Source of the DNA: Limisphaerales bacterium
GTDB taxonomy: Bacteria > Verrucomicrobiota > Verrucomicrobiia > Limisphaerales > JADJPG01
Length of the DNA stretch: 64,000 nt
Assembly: GCA_044230345.1 (NCBI GenBank)
Contig: JBGARF010000040.1
Location: forward strand, 409 to 64,408
Direction of reading: 5' to 3'
Each line of letters opens with the position of its first letter. Positions within the stretch are counted from its first letter, which is position 1. Below, piece after piece: positions 55,699-64,000 of the stretch. Position numbers and translations under genes: made by a program. The notes below the pieces were generated by a model. It saw only the letters and a list, made by a program, of their open reading frames with translations. It ran no database searches and was not told where the DNA came from.

Positions 55699-56655
55699 TC
55701 AACGTGAACGGATGGCGCTGAGTGCGGCGGGTTCAGCACGCGCGCGTTTCACCGCCAGGTCAATCATGCGCTGACAAAGTTCCGGATAAGCGATTCCCGC
55801 CGCCGCTGCCGCTTTCGGAAACAGGCTTGTTTCGGTCATGCCCGGCAGGGTGTTCACCTCCAGAACCATCGCCTCGCCATTGGCGCGCACCATCACATCC
55901 ACCCGCGCGTAATCGCGACCGCCGATGGCGCGAAACGCCCGCAGCGCGGTCGCTTGAATCCGCCGTGTCGTGGTCTCATCGAAGGGCGCGGGGCAGAAGT
56001 ATTCGCACTCTCCTTCCACATACTTGCTCTGGTAGTTGTAGCGGCCTTGTTTCGGGCGGATTTCCACGACGGGCAACGCCTCGTTCCCGAGGATGGCCAC
56101 CGTTGTTTCACGGCCGATGATCTTCTCCTCGACCAGGACTTGCGTGTCATGGCCGAGCGCCTCCTCCAAGGCAGGAGCCCACGCTGCCGTGTCCTCCACG
56201 AATTGCAGGCCAACGCTGGAGCCTTGCCGGGCGGGTTTCAGGACGACCGGCGGACTCCACCCCCGGGGCCACGGCGTGTCGGCCTGGTGGATGACGAGGT
56301 GGCGCGCAGTCGGAATGCCACGTTCGATGAATCGTTGCTTGGTGAGCGCCTTGTCGAAAGCCAGCCGGCTGGCTTCAATCCCGCAGCCAGTGTAGGGAAC
56401 CCCGATCTCTTCCAACTGCCTTTGGATCGTGCCATCCTCCCCGTACTCGCCGTGCAGCGCCAGGAAGGCCACCTGCGTTTCCGGTGACAGATCCACTCTG
56501 CGCTCGCGCGGGTCCACCTCGCAAACGTGATGTCCAAGCAGGCGCAATGCCCTGGCCACCGAGGCTCCGGTGCGAAGTGAAACCTCCCGTTCCGCCGAGG
56601 GGCCGCCAGACATCACGGCAATGTTCAATCGAGACGGCGCGGAGAAAGGTGTCAC
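55699..56655 (-). CDS. ddl: D-alanine--D-alanine ligase family ATP-grasp enzyme
   Basis: GGPSAEREVSL, LHGEYGEDG, GSSVG, YNYQSKY, RVD and LEVNTLPGMT. GTG start overlaps the upstream stop. Confidence 0.9.
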   Translation of the reverse strand: MTPFSAPSRLNIAVMSGGPSAEREVSLRTGASVARALRLLGHHVCEVDPRERRVDLSPETQVAFLALHGEYGEDGTIQRQLEEIGVPYTGCGIEASRLAFDKALTKQRFIERGIPTARHLVIHQADTPWPRGWSPPVVLKPARQGSSVGLQFVEDTAAWAPALEEALGHDTQVLVEEKIIGRETTVAILGNEALPVVEIRPKQGRYNYQSKYVEGECEYFCPAPFDETTTRRIQATALRAFRAIGGRDYARVDVMVRANGEAMVLEVNTLPGMTETSLFPKAAAAAGIAYPELCQRMIDLAVKRARAEPAALSAIRSR

Positions 56656-58073
56656 GACACGTTTAGTTGTGAACGGCCCTTGGCGAGATCGAAGCAAACG
56701 ATCAAATCATTCGTCTCCCGAAACCACGTGCCTGACTTGAGTTCAAGCCGGCTGGAAACTTCTCGGAGCGTCAGCGGCACCCCGTCGCGAGTGATGCCGG
56801 GCGTCGCGCCAGCGCGGGCCGGGACTCGCACGGTGAAATCCGGCGAGGCAAACGGCGCATGGAACACCACGGACCCGTCCAGCTTTTCGATGCGCGTCAA
56901 CTCCTTCGCCGCCCAGTAGCGCGCGAGCTCGCTGAGCTTCATCCACAGCAGATTGTCGAAGCGCGCGTGCAGCCGGCGGACGACTTCCTGAAACACTTTG
57001 AACCCCAGCTCCTGCCCGTTCCAGTGGATGCCCGTCCAGTGGCAGACCATCATGGCCGGCTCTCCGCGCTGAATCACCTCCACCATCCGGCCCTGCTGCA
57101 AATCTTCGGTGATGAATTTATCCGCGCCACCGGGCGGCGTGTTGTCCCAGCCGCCGGTCCAGTCGCCGGTGCAGCCGACGATGCTCACCACACAACGCGG
57201 ATCGGCGCCGTCGAGGCCGCCGGCATATTCGACGCGTGGGGCAACGCTCTCGCCGCCCTCCGCGTAAAGGTGGCGGAAGTAATGCGGAATCTCCGCGCCA
57301 AACACCTCGCGCACGGATTGCAGGGTGGCCTGGGCAATCTGCGGCAGCGCGCGGATGCCGAAGCCGCCCGGCGTGGTGATGCCTTCGCACGGCAGGCCGA
57401 CGTTCTTCAAAATGCGCAGCGCATAGGACATGTAGCCGGCGATTTCATCGGTGCTGCGGCCGGTGGTCCAATCCCAGTTCTCCATGAACTTCAGCGAATG
57501 GTCGGGATACGGATGTCCGGTCTTCGTGTCGATGACGCGCGTGTGGGTACACATTTCGGGATGAATGTCCCAGTTCGGCAGCATCAGCGTGCGGACGAGT
57601 TCGAGACTGTCGTCCAGCTCCCGCCGGGTCCAGCCGGGCAACATGCGATCCAGCCGTCCGACGCACGCCGGATAAGGCACGATGCTGTACTTTCCCTTCA
57701 CGCCCGCGCCCGCGCACCACTCGCCGAACTTGCGCACAAACGCATCCGGGATCTCGCGCGGCCATTCCCGCCAGTTCCGCCGGAAAGCCGGGTTCGCCCC
57801 GCCGAACGCGGTGTCGAACTGCGGGATCGAGAAGTGGTTCACGTTCACCAGGCACGTCGAGTCATCGATGATCAACCCCACCGGCACGCGAGCGCGCGGG
57901 TTCAGGACGGCGACGCCCCCGGCGCGCGGCGGCCGGTCCCCGGCGACCTGCGCCAGCAGAGACGGGGCGGACGACAGGAAACCCGCGCCCGCAACTCCGA
58001 GCGCGGCGCGTTGCAGGAAATCCCGGCGATGGTGAAGCTTCGATGCGGTGGTTTGTTGCCAGGCGGAATTCAT
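56652..58073 (-). CDS. Tat-exported protein, possibly divergent NodB/CE4-like fold
   Basis: RRDFL Tat motif. IIDD, HPEMCTH, TPGG and CHW occur in the order of NodB-type motifs (inference). Confidence 0.6.
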   Translation of the reverse strand: MNSAWQQTTASKLHHRRDFLQRAALGVAGAGFLSSAPSLLAQVAGDRPPRAGGVAVLNPRARVPVGLIIDDSTCLVNVNHFSIPQFDTAFGGANPAFRRNWREWPREIPDAFVRKFGEWCAGAGVKGKYSIVPYPACVGRLDRMLPGWTRRELDDSLELVRTLMLPNWDIHPEMCTHTRVIDTKTGHPYPDHSLKFMENWDWTTGRSTDEIAGYMSYALRILKNVGLPCEGITTPGGFGIRALPQIAQATLQSVREVFGAEIPHYFRHLYAEGGESVAPRVEYAGGLDGADPRCVVSIVGCTGDWTGGWDNTPPGGADKFITEDLQQGRMVEVIQRGEPAMMVCHWTGIHWNGQELGFKVFQEVVRRLHARFDNLLWMKLSELARYWAAKELTRIEKLDGSVVFHAPFASPDFTVRVPARAGATPGITRDGVPLTLREVSSRLELKSGTWFRETNDLIVCFDLAKGRSQLNVS

Positions 58074-59143
58074 GACAGCCAGTTCTCACAATGTTGCCGG
58101 ACGAATTCATCGTCGTTCAGTTGCGGATAGGCGCGATGGACCCGGTCAATCTCGCCGGCCTGGCCGGGTGAGAGCGCTTCGTTGGGATCGAGACACCAGT
58201 TGCCTTCCAGCAAGCCCTGTCGGCGGAGCACTTCATGGATGCCGGGGATGCAGCCGGCGAAGCCGTTCGCGGCGTCGAAGAAGGCGGCGTTGCAGTCGGT
58301 CACCTGCGCCGCAAGCGTGAGAAGCGACGCGGGAATGGCCTGGCCCGCGCGGTGACGTTTGCATTCGTCGAGAAGTTCGACCGCCTGGCGAGTCCAGCAG
58401 GACCAGTGGCCGAGCAGACCACCGGCAATGTGCAGACGTACCTCACCGCGCTCGGTCTGCACCGCGTATTCGGTCAACAGGTCGAGGACGATGTTGTCGT
58501 CATTGCCGGTGTAGAGCGCGATGTCGCCGGCGCGTCCGGATTCGGCGACGGCGCGAATGACATCGAACGTCTGGTACCGGTTGAAGGGCGCCATCTTGAT
58601 CGCGACGACATTGGGAATCTCGACGAAACGCCGCCAGAAGCGATGGGGCAGCAACCGTCCGCCCGCCGCCGGTTGAAGATAGAAACCGACGAGCGGAATC
58701 TCTCGCGCCACCGCTTCGCAGTGCGCGATCAGTTGATTGTCGTCCGCGTCCTGGAGCGCGCCCAGCGAGAGCAGGCCCGCGTGGTAGCGCAGTTCGCGGG
58801 CAAGGTCCGCTTCCTTCACGGCCTGCCCCGTGGTTCCGCAGAGGCCGGCGATCCGCACGGTCTCCCTGTTCGTACGCGCGTCGCATTCGCCGATGGTTTC
58901 GACGGCAAGCTGCAGGACGGGCTTGAGCAGTCCGTGTTTCGCGTCGCGGACGCTGAACTGGGTCGTATGCACGCCCACCGCCACTCCTCCCGCTCCAGCG
59001 GCCTGGTAGTAACGCGTGAGCGCCCGCTGGCGGCGTTCGTCCAGTTGGTGCGTTGCCGTCAGCGCCAGCGGATGAGCAGGGATGACTTGGCCTTCGCGAA
59101 GCCTTCTTAGAACCCACTCTGGGGGCAGCGGATAGTCTGGCAT
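58070..59143 (-). CDS. Dihydrodipicolinate synthase-like aldolase/lyase
   Basis: GVHTTQF, FYLQ, AIKMAP (Schiff-base Lys) and YTGNDD. Confidence 0.85.
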   Translation of the reverse strand: MPDYPLPPEWVLRRLREGQVIPAHPLALTATHQLDERRQRALTRYYQAAGAGGVAVGVHTTQFSVRDAKHGLLKPVLQLAVETIGECDARTNRETVRIAGLCGTTGQAVKEADLARELRYHAGLLSLGALQDADDNQLIAHCEAVAREIPLVGFYLQPAAGGRLLPHRFWRRFVEIPNVVAIKMAPFNRYQTFDVIRAVAESGRAGDIALYTGNDDNIVLDLLTEYAVQTERGEVRLHIAGGLLGHWSCWTRQAVELLDECKRHRAGQAIPASLLTLAAQVTDCNAAFFDAANGFAGCIPGIHEVLRRQGLLEGNWCLDPNEALSPGQAGEIDRVHRAYPQLNDDEFVRQHCENWLS

Positions 59144-59145
59144 CG

Positions 59146-60264
59146 TCAATAGGCTCCATCGCGCACTTCGAAATGCGTCGGTTTGTTCAGCGATCGTCCG
59201 CCATTCTTCACCCAATGCGCCGTCCAGCGGATGACGTTTTCAAAGGGCGTCGCCGGCGCGCCGAGTTCGGAACACATCTTCTCCGTGTTGCTGAGAAAGG
59301 CCGTGGCGGATTCGGTGCCCACCAGCCTGGCCGGACGCCCGAGCAGTTCGGAGAATTTAGCCGCGACTTTGCGGACCGAGTAGATCGTGGGCGAGGTCAG
59401 GTTGAAAGCCGTGGGCGGATTGTCAGTCAGCGAGAGCGAGCGCAGGATCATCTCGTTAGCGTCCGCCTGCCAGATGCAGTTGAAGTAGCCGGAGGTCACG
59501 TCAATCGGCTCGCCCGAATGGACTTTACGCGCGATGTCCACCAGCACGCCGTAGCGGAGATCCAGCGCGTAGCTCAAACGCACCAGGGCGACGTGTGTGC
59601 CCTGCTTGCGCGCGAAATACTCGAAGATGCGTTCGCGGGCGACGGCGGCGTTGGCATACTCGCCCAGGGGAGTGAGAGCCCGTTTCTCCAACGCTCCGCC
59701 GCCCTTGACCGGCACCAGTGGATAAACATTGCCGGTGGACAGCGCGACGATCCGCGATTCCGCGTAGCGTTCCGCGACGTGCGCCGGTACAAGTGTGTTG
59801 GCGGCCCAGGTGCTGCCGGGGTTTTGTTGTGTGCCAAACTTCAGTCCAACCAGATAAAGGATATTGCCTGAATCCGGAAGCCGCTCGACCTGCTCCCGTT
59901 CCAAAAGGTCAGCGCTCAATGTCTTGACGCCCTGCCGTTCCAGTGAAGCCTTGGCCTCCTCGTCAGAGAAACGGCTCACGGCGATCACTTCGAGCCGGTG
60001 CCCGGCCATCCTGGCGGCGCGCTTGGCGAGCACCGCGAGAGTCGGCCCCATTTTTCCACCGGCACCGAGAATGACCAGCGGGCTGCTGACGTTTTGAATG
60101 AACTCCATCAACACCGACCGGGGGCGGGTCAGAACATCTTCGAGTTCTGCGTCGGTGTTGACGAGTTCAGGTGGAGGAGGGATCTCGCGCGAGTGGGTGC
60201 GGCCCTGGCGCCGCAGCGCGATGGAGGCTTGTCTGGGTTGAGGTATCATGATTGCGTGAAGCAT
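59146..60264 (-). CDS. NAD-dependent epimerase/dehydratase
   Basis: GAGGKMG, STGNVY and EYANAAVARE. Start is uncertain (60264 or 60249). Confidence 0.85.
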   Translation of the reverse strand: MLHAIMIPQPRQASIALRRQGRTHSREIPPPPELVNTDAELEDVLTRPRSVLMEFIQNVSSPLVILGAGGKMGPTLAVLAKRAARMAGHRLEVIAVSRFSDEEAKASLERQGVKTLSADLLEREQVERLPDSGNILYLVGLKFGTQQNPGSTWAANTLVPAHVAERYAESRIVALSTGNVYPLVPVKGGGALEKRALTPLGEYANAAVARERIFEYFARKQGTHVALVRLSYALDLRYGVLVDIARKVHSGEPIDVTSGYFNCIWQADANEMILRSLSLTDNPPTAFNLTSPTIYSVRKVAAKFSELLGRPARLVGTESATAFLSNTEKMCSELGAPATPFENVIRWTAHWVKNGGRSLNKPTHFEVRDGAY

Positions 60265-60385
60265 CAAGACTCACGTTCGGCAATCCTCTGTCTGGGATAC
60301 GACGCCCAGACATTTGGAGCACGTTCGATCTTGTTACTGCATTTACGTTTACCGCGCTTCGCTCCGCCCGCCAACTCCCGCGTCA

Positions 60386-60399
60386 CTTAACCCGTTAAG
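60386..60399 (-). promoter_or_regulatory. Conserved motif, site 5
   Basis: CTTAAC-GG-GTTAAG on the minus strand, with perfect 6-bp arms, upstream of the epimerase operon. Confidence 0.8.
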
Positions 60400-60495
60400 C
60401 AGACCCTTCGTTCCCGGCCGGAAAGCGCTGCCTCGGCCCAGGCGCCCAGGCCCGAACTTCCAACGAAGGTTGTAAAATGGTCGTTTGGCTGCCAA

Positions 60496-60509
60496 TTTAA
60501 CGAGTTAAG
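60496..60509 (+). promoter_or_regulatory. Conserved motif, site 6
   Basis: TTTAACGAGTTAAG, upstream of the LacI gene. Confidence 0.8.
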
Positions 60510-60696
60510 TAAAGTAACGATGCCGCCAATCCCGAGCGACCACTATGCTCATCGTTCGGAATGGGCCACGAGTCTTAAAGCCGAGCGACAGGGGAGACTT
60601 GGCGAATCGGCCAAGATCTCCCGAAAGAGTTTCGGGTCGGTAAGATTCTGATTGGAACACGACGAGGCTTCTATGACCTCTCGCCCGGATCGTTCA

Positions 60697-61782
60697 ATGA
60701 AAACGCAGATCACACTTCAGGACATCGCCAATAAGGCTGAAGTCAGTCGCGCCACGGTTTCGCTGGCACTCCGCAACCACCCCAGCCTGCCGGTGACAAC
60801 ACGCCAGCGCATTCAACAGGTCGCCGGGCAGCTCGGTTATCGGCCCAATCCATTGGTTTCGACCCTGATGAGTTATCAACGGGCGGCCAGATCGGATCGT
60901 CCCACGAATCTGACCCTGGCCCTGCTGCTCAAGTTCTCGCGGCGCGGCTCCTGGCAGCAGTATCTCTCGCCGGACTTGATCTCGGGCGCCGCCGAACGCG
61001 CCGGGCAGCTCGGCTATCGCCTGGAGGAGTTCTGGCTCGACGATTTGAAAATGGACGGGAAACGACTCAGCCAGATCCTCTTTCAGCGTGGTGTGCCCGG
61101 CGTAATCCTAGCCCCAATGCCTGCGGCGGTCGGTCACTTCGACTTGGATTGGGCCAAGCTCTCAGCGGTCACGATTGGCTATTCGTTGGCCCGGCCCGAA
61201 CTCCACCGCGTCACGAGTGATCGTTACCACGCGATGTTGCTGGCCGTTCATGAACTGCGGAAACGCGGGTACCGCCGGCTTGGTCTTGCGCTCGAATCCA
61301 ATCAGGACGAGCGCGTGCATCATCAATGGGTGGCCCCCTTCCTTTGGGAGCAGATGCACGGCAAACCGACGGACCGCGTACCGCTTTTGATCGTCAAAGG
61401 CGAGGAATGGAACGAACAACGATTCGAGGCCTGGTTCCGGGAAAATTCTCCTGAAGTGATTCTCGGTTACGATCCTCAAATCATCGCCTGGCTGGAACGA
61501 CTGGGGCGGCGGGTGCCCCGCGATGTCGGGTTCGCGCATCTATGGAATCCGGACCAGTCCGGCAAACTCGCCGGGCTGTATCACAATCCTCCCGGCATCG
61601 GTGCGTCGGCCGTCGATTTCCTGGTCGCGATGATCCACACGAATGATCGCGGCGTCCCGCAATCGCCTCGCGTCATGCAGTTGGAGGCATCGTGGGCGGA
61701 CGGGAAGACCATCAAGACCCGCAAGAAAATCGCGTCGGGCAGGCGCTCGGGCGTGCTCGGGGTCAAGGTGCCGCGCGCATGA
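60697..61782 (+). CDS. LacI-family transcriptional regulator
   Basis: TLQDIANKAEVSRATVSLAL...LGYRPNP followed by a periplasmic-binding-like effector domain. Confidence 0.95.
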   Translation: MKTQITLQDIANKAEVSRATVSLALRNHPSLPVTTRQRIQQVAGQLGYRPNPLVSTLMSYQRAARSDRPTNLTLALLLKFSRRGSWQQYLSPDLISGAAERAGQLGYRLEEFWLDDLKMDGKRLSQILFQRGVPGVILAPMPAAVGHFDLDWAKLSAVTIGYSLARPELHRVTSDRYHAMLLAVHELRKRGYRRLGLALESNQDERVHHQWVAPFLWEQMHGKPTDRVPLLIVKGEEWNEQRFEAWFRENSPEVILGYDPQIIAWLERLGRRVPRDVGFAHLWNPDQSGKLAGLYHNPPGIGASAVDFLVAMIHTNDRGVPQSPRVMQLEASWADGKTIKTRKKIASGRRSGVLGVKVPRA

Positions 61783-63470
61783 TGATCCCCATCGCGAAAC
61801 CGTCCGTTGCCGAAGGCAGCATCTCAACTGATCTTCCCTTGGGCATGATTGCCCGCTTCCCGATTGTATCCAGTCTCCGCGCTGTCCTCGGATGCTTGGC
61901 TCTCACCCATGCATTGCTGCCGGCACAGGATCTCCCCCATCATCAAAAATCCGCTGTGACTACCGCGCTGCCGCAAGGCTCCGTGACCAACTCGCGCGTT
62001 TCCGCAGCCAGCACAAGCCTGAGCGGTGCCGCACTCAGCCGCGCTTACTGTCAGAGCTGCCACTTGTATCCCGAACCTGCCTTGATCGACCGGGAGACTT
62101 GGGGCAGGGGGACTCTCCCCTACATGTCGGTCTGGTTGGGAGTGGGGAAGTTCGATCTCAGCCGACGGGCCGATGCCCAGATCCTCAAGGAGTCCCGTGT
62201 GTTTCCAGACCAGCCCATCCTGCCGCTGGACCATTGGCAACTCATCAACCGCTACTACTTGGACAACGCCCCGGCCTCCCCGCTGGCGCAGCCTCCGCAT
62301 CTGCCGACCCGAATGCCGTTGCAAGGATTCCGGCCCAGGCCTCTCTTCCTTCGGCCTGAGCAGTCGCGCACGTCCCTGCTCAAGATCGATCCCGCGCGGC
62401 ACTCCCTCTGGATCGGCGATGCCAACGCCCATGTCCTCGAACGCGCTAACGCCGCAGGCCAAATCGAGCAGCGCTTCACCCTGCCCAGCGATCCGGTTCG
62501 CGTCGCGTTCCACGGCCCGGAGCTTTACCTCACCTTGATAGGCCGGCTTCTTCCCTCCGATGAACTGTCAGGATCGGTGGGCTGGTTGAGGTCGGACACA
62601 GGCCGATTTGAGTCCCAATTACAAAACCTTCGCCGCCCCACCGACGCGCTCGAAGCCGACCTGAACGGCGATGGACGCAATGACGTCATCGTCAGCCAGT
62701 TTGGGAATCGTCTTGGCCGGCTCTCGTGGTTTGAGAAATTGGGCCATGGACAGTTCGCCGAACATTCGCTGCTCGAACGGCCCGGTGCCGTCCAGGCGTA
62801 CGTGGTCGATGCCAACACGGACGGACAGCCCGATGTTCTGGTCCTGACCGCGCAGGGCCGTGAAGGAGTTTATCTGCTGCAAAACGAGGGAGGCGGCAAG
62901 TTCCATGAGCGGACGGTGATCGCGCAGCACCCAGCGTTCGGCTATTCCCAACTGGAGCTGATCGATTTCGACCGTGACGGCCACCTGGACCTGCTCACGG
63001 TGAACGGCGACAACGGCGATTATCCGAGCGGTCCGCGGGCGTATCACGGAATCCGCCTCTACCTGAACGACGGCCAGTTCAATTTTCGCGAGGTCTGGTT
63101 TCATCCCATGAATGGCGCGTATCAGGCTGGCGTGGCGGACTTCGACGGTGACGGGGATCTCGATGTGGCGGCGATCTCCTTCTTTCCTGACTATCAGCAT
63201 GCCCCGAACGATTCCTTCCTGCTTCTGGAAAATCTTGGCGATTTCAAGTTCCAGCCCTGGTCGCTGCCGGAAGCGGTCGGCGGACGCTGGTTGAGGATGG
63301 ACGCCGGTGACCTCGACGGGGACGGGGACATTGATCTGGCGCTCGGCTCGTTTCTGCCCGGCCCGGAAACCATTTCCATCCCCGCCGCTCTCCGGACGCT
63401 CTGGCAGACGAACCGCGTCTCGGTGTTGCTGCTCGAGAACACGCGCCGCGATAAATCGTCAGTTCCATGA
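61779..63470 (+). CDS. Cytochrome c / FG-GAP repeat protein
   Basis: ATGA overlap with LacI (alternative start 61845), CQSCH and several DxDxDG repeats. Confidence 0.85.
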   Translation: MMIPIAKPSVAEGSISTDLPLGMIARFPIVSSLRAVLGCLALTHALLPAQDLPHHQKSAVTTALPQGSVTNSRVSAASTSLSGAALSRAYCQSCHLYPEPALIDRETWGRGTLPYMSVWLGVGKFDLSRRADAQILKESRVFPDQPILPLDHWQLINRYYLDNAPASPLAQPPHLPTRMPLQGFRPRPLFLRPEQSRTSLLKIDPARHSLWIGDANAHVLERANAAGQIEQRFTLPSDPVRVAFHGPELYLTLIGRLLPSDELSGSVGWLRSDTGRFESQLQNLRRPTDALEADLNGDGRNDVIVSQFGNRLGRLSWFEKLGHGQFAEHSLLERPGAVQAYVVDANTDGQPDVLVLTAQGREGVYLLQNEGGGKFHERTVIAQHPAFGYSQLELIDFDRDGHLDLLTVNGDNGDYPSGPRAYHGIRLYLNDGQFNFREVWFHPMNGAYQAGVADFDGDGDLDVAAISFFPDYQHAPNDSFLLLENLGDFKFQPWSLPEAVGGRWLRMDAGDLDGDGDIDLALGSFLPGPETISIPAALRTLWQTNRVSVLLLENTRRDKSSVP

Positions 63471-63603
63471 CGGAAACGCGTCATGCGGTTGGGGGAACGG
63501 CCTGGGTTCCTTTCAAATCGCGATAAACGGGATCCCTTTCATTCCGCGCATGACATCTCCAACGAGCAGAAGTTTTCGGGGAGGATTTGGGCCTTTTTCA
63601 CCG

Positions 63604-63630
63604 TTGAACGGGTTCACTAAACGAGTTAAG
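63604..63630 (+). promoter_or_regulatory. Conserved motif, tandem site 7
   Basis: TTGAACGGGTTCAC (near match) immediately followed by CTAAACGAGTTAAG, upstream of ATG 63746. Confidence 0.8.
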
Positions 63631-63745
63631 TGACGCGCCGGTTGAGATCCCACGCCCGATCACCTATACGGACAATCGATCACAGTCATCAACGAATTCA
63701 GAAGAATGCCATGAAGCATCTCAACCATCGAAAGACACAAACCGT

Positions 63746-64000
63746 ATGCAAAAACTAGCACGACTCAGTTGCATCGGCATGGCCGCTCTGGCCCTGGCCG
63801 CCCCGCCCTCCTCCCGCGCGGACATCTACACGTTGTTCTACGATAACATTCCCGGAAACCTGGTCAGCGACCTGATCGCCAGCAGCGCATTCCCGAATTC
63901 CCCGACCCGGGCGGAGGCCCGCCCTTTCTTCAAGCCTTTCATTGGAGAGAACCTGGGCGCGAACTATGGCTTCCGCATGGCGGGCTACTTCTCACCTCCG
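63746..64000 (+). CDS. Secreted PA14-like domain protein (truncated by the window end)
   Basis: MQKLARLSCIGMAALALAAPPSSRA signal peptide, then NYGFRMAGYFSPP. The frame is open to the end of the window. Confidence 0.7.
   Translation, partial: MQKLARLSCIGMAALALAAPPSSRADIYTLFYDNIPGNLVSDLIASSAFPNSPTRAEARPFFKPFIGENLGANYGFRMAGYFSPP

Noticed and set aside
55699-56655. VanA/VanB-type glycopeptide resistance ligase
   Set aside because: The omega loop is the short DdlB type ending in KY, and there are no vanH/vanX/vanRS neighbours.
17251-58130. Many long antisense ORFs (e.g. 17251-18474, 27022-28350, 37698-39107, 43960-45240, 45252-46682, 49248-50729, 56859-58130)
   Set aside because: They are shadow frames of real high-GC genes, with no family motifs and Arg/Ala/Gly-rich composition.

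Overview
High-GC bacterial DNA whose gene families (DUF1501, DUF1549/1553 planctomycete cytochromes, PVC-type heme dehydrogenases, FG-GAP/UnbV proteins, C-terminal 'RFYR' secreted proteins) point to Verrucomicrobiota/PVC (inference). It has two parts. (1) Bases 1-~6435 are a decaying integrative, mobilizable-type element. It carries a tyrosine recombinase that lacks the first canonical catalytic Arg, a coupled small membrane ORF, a disrupted protein of four ~45-aa Myb/HTH-like repeats, a hairpin-rich non-coding block, a secreted cargo gene bracketed by a full and a hairpin-deleted copy of that block, and a traK/traL/traM (stbABC)-like operon with an oriT-like region but no relaxase. The element abuts a broken AraC gene. 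(2) Bases ~6.8-64 kb are a large glycan/N-acyl-sugar catabolic region with three long minus-strand gene runs and shorter units. Seven intergenic regions carry the same oriented 14-bp motif YTNAACGRGTTWAR, two of them in the divergent promoter of a LacI gene, so most of the window looks like one regulon. That regulon includes three C-N hydrolases, two PIG-L deacetylases, two heparinase II/III-like lyases, four PVC dehydrogenases (one a pseudogene) and an unexpected D-Ala-D-Ala ligase. No rRNA, tRNA or CRISPR array was seen. All family calls come from motif recognition by eye, not database searches.
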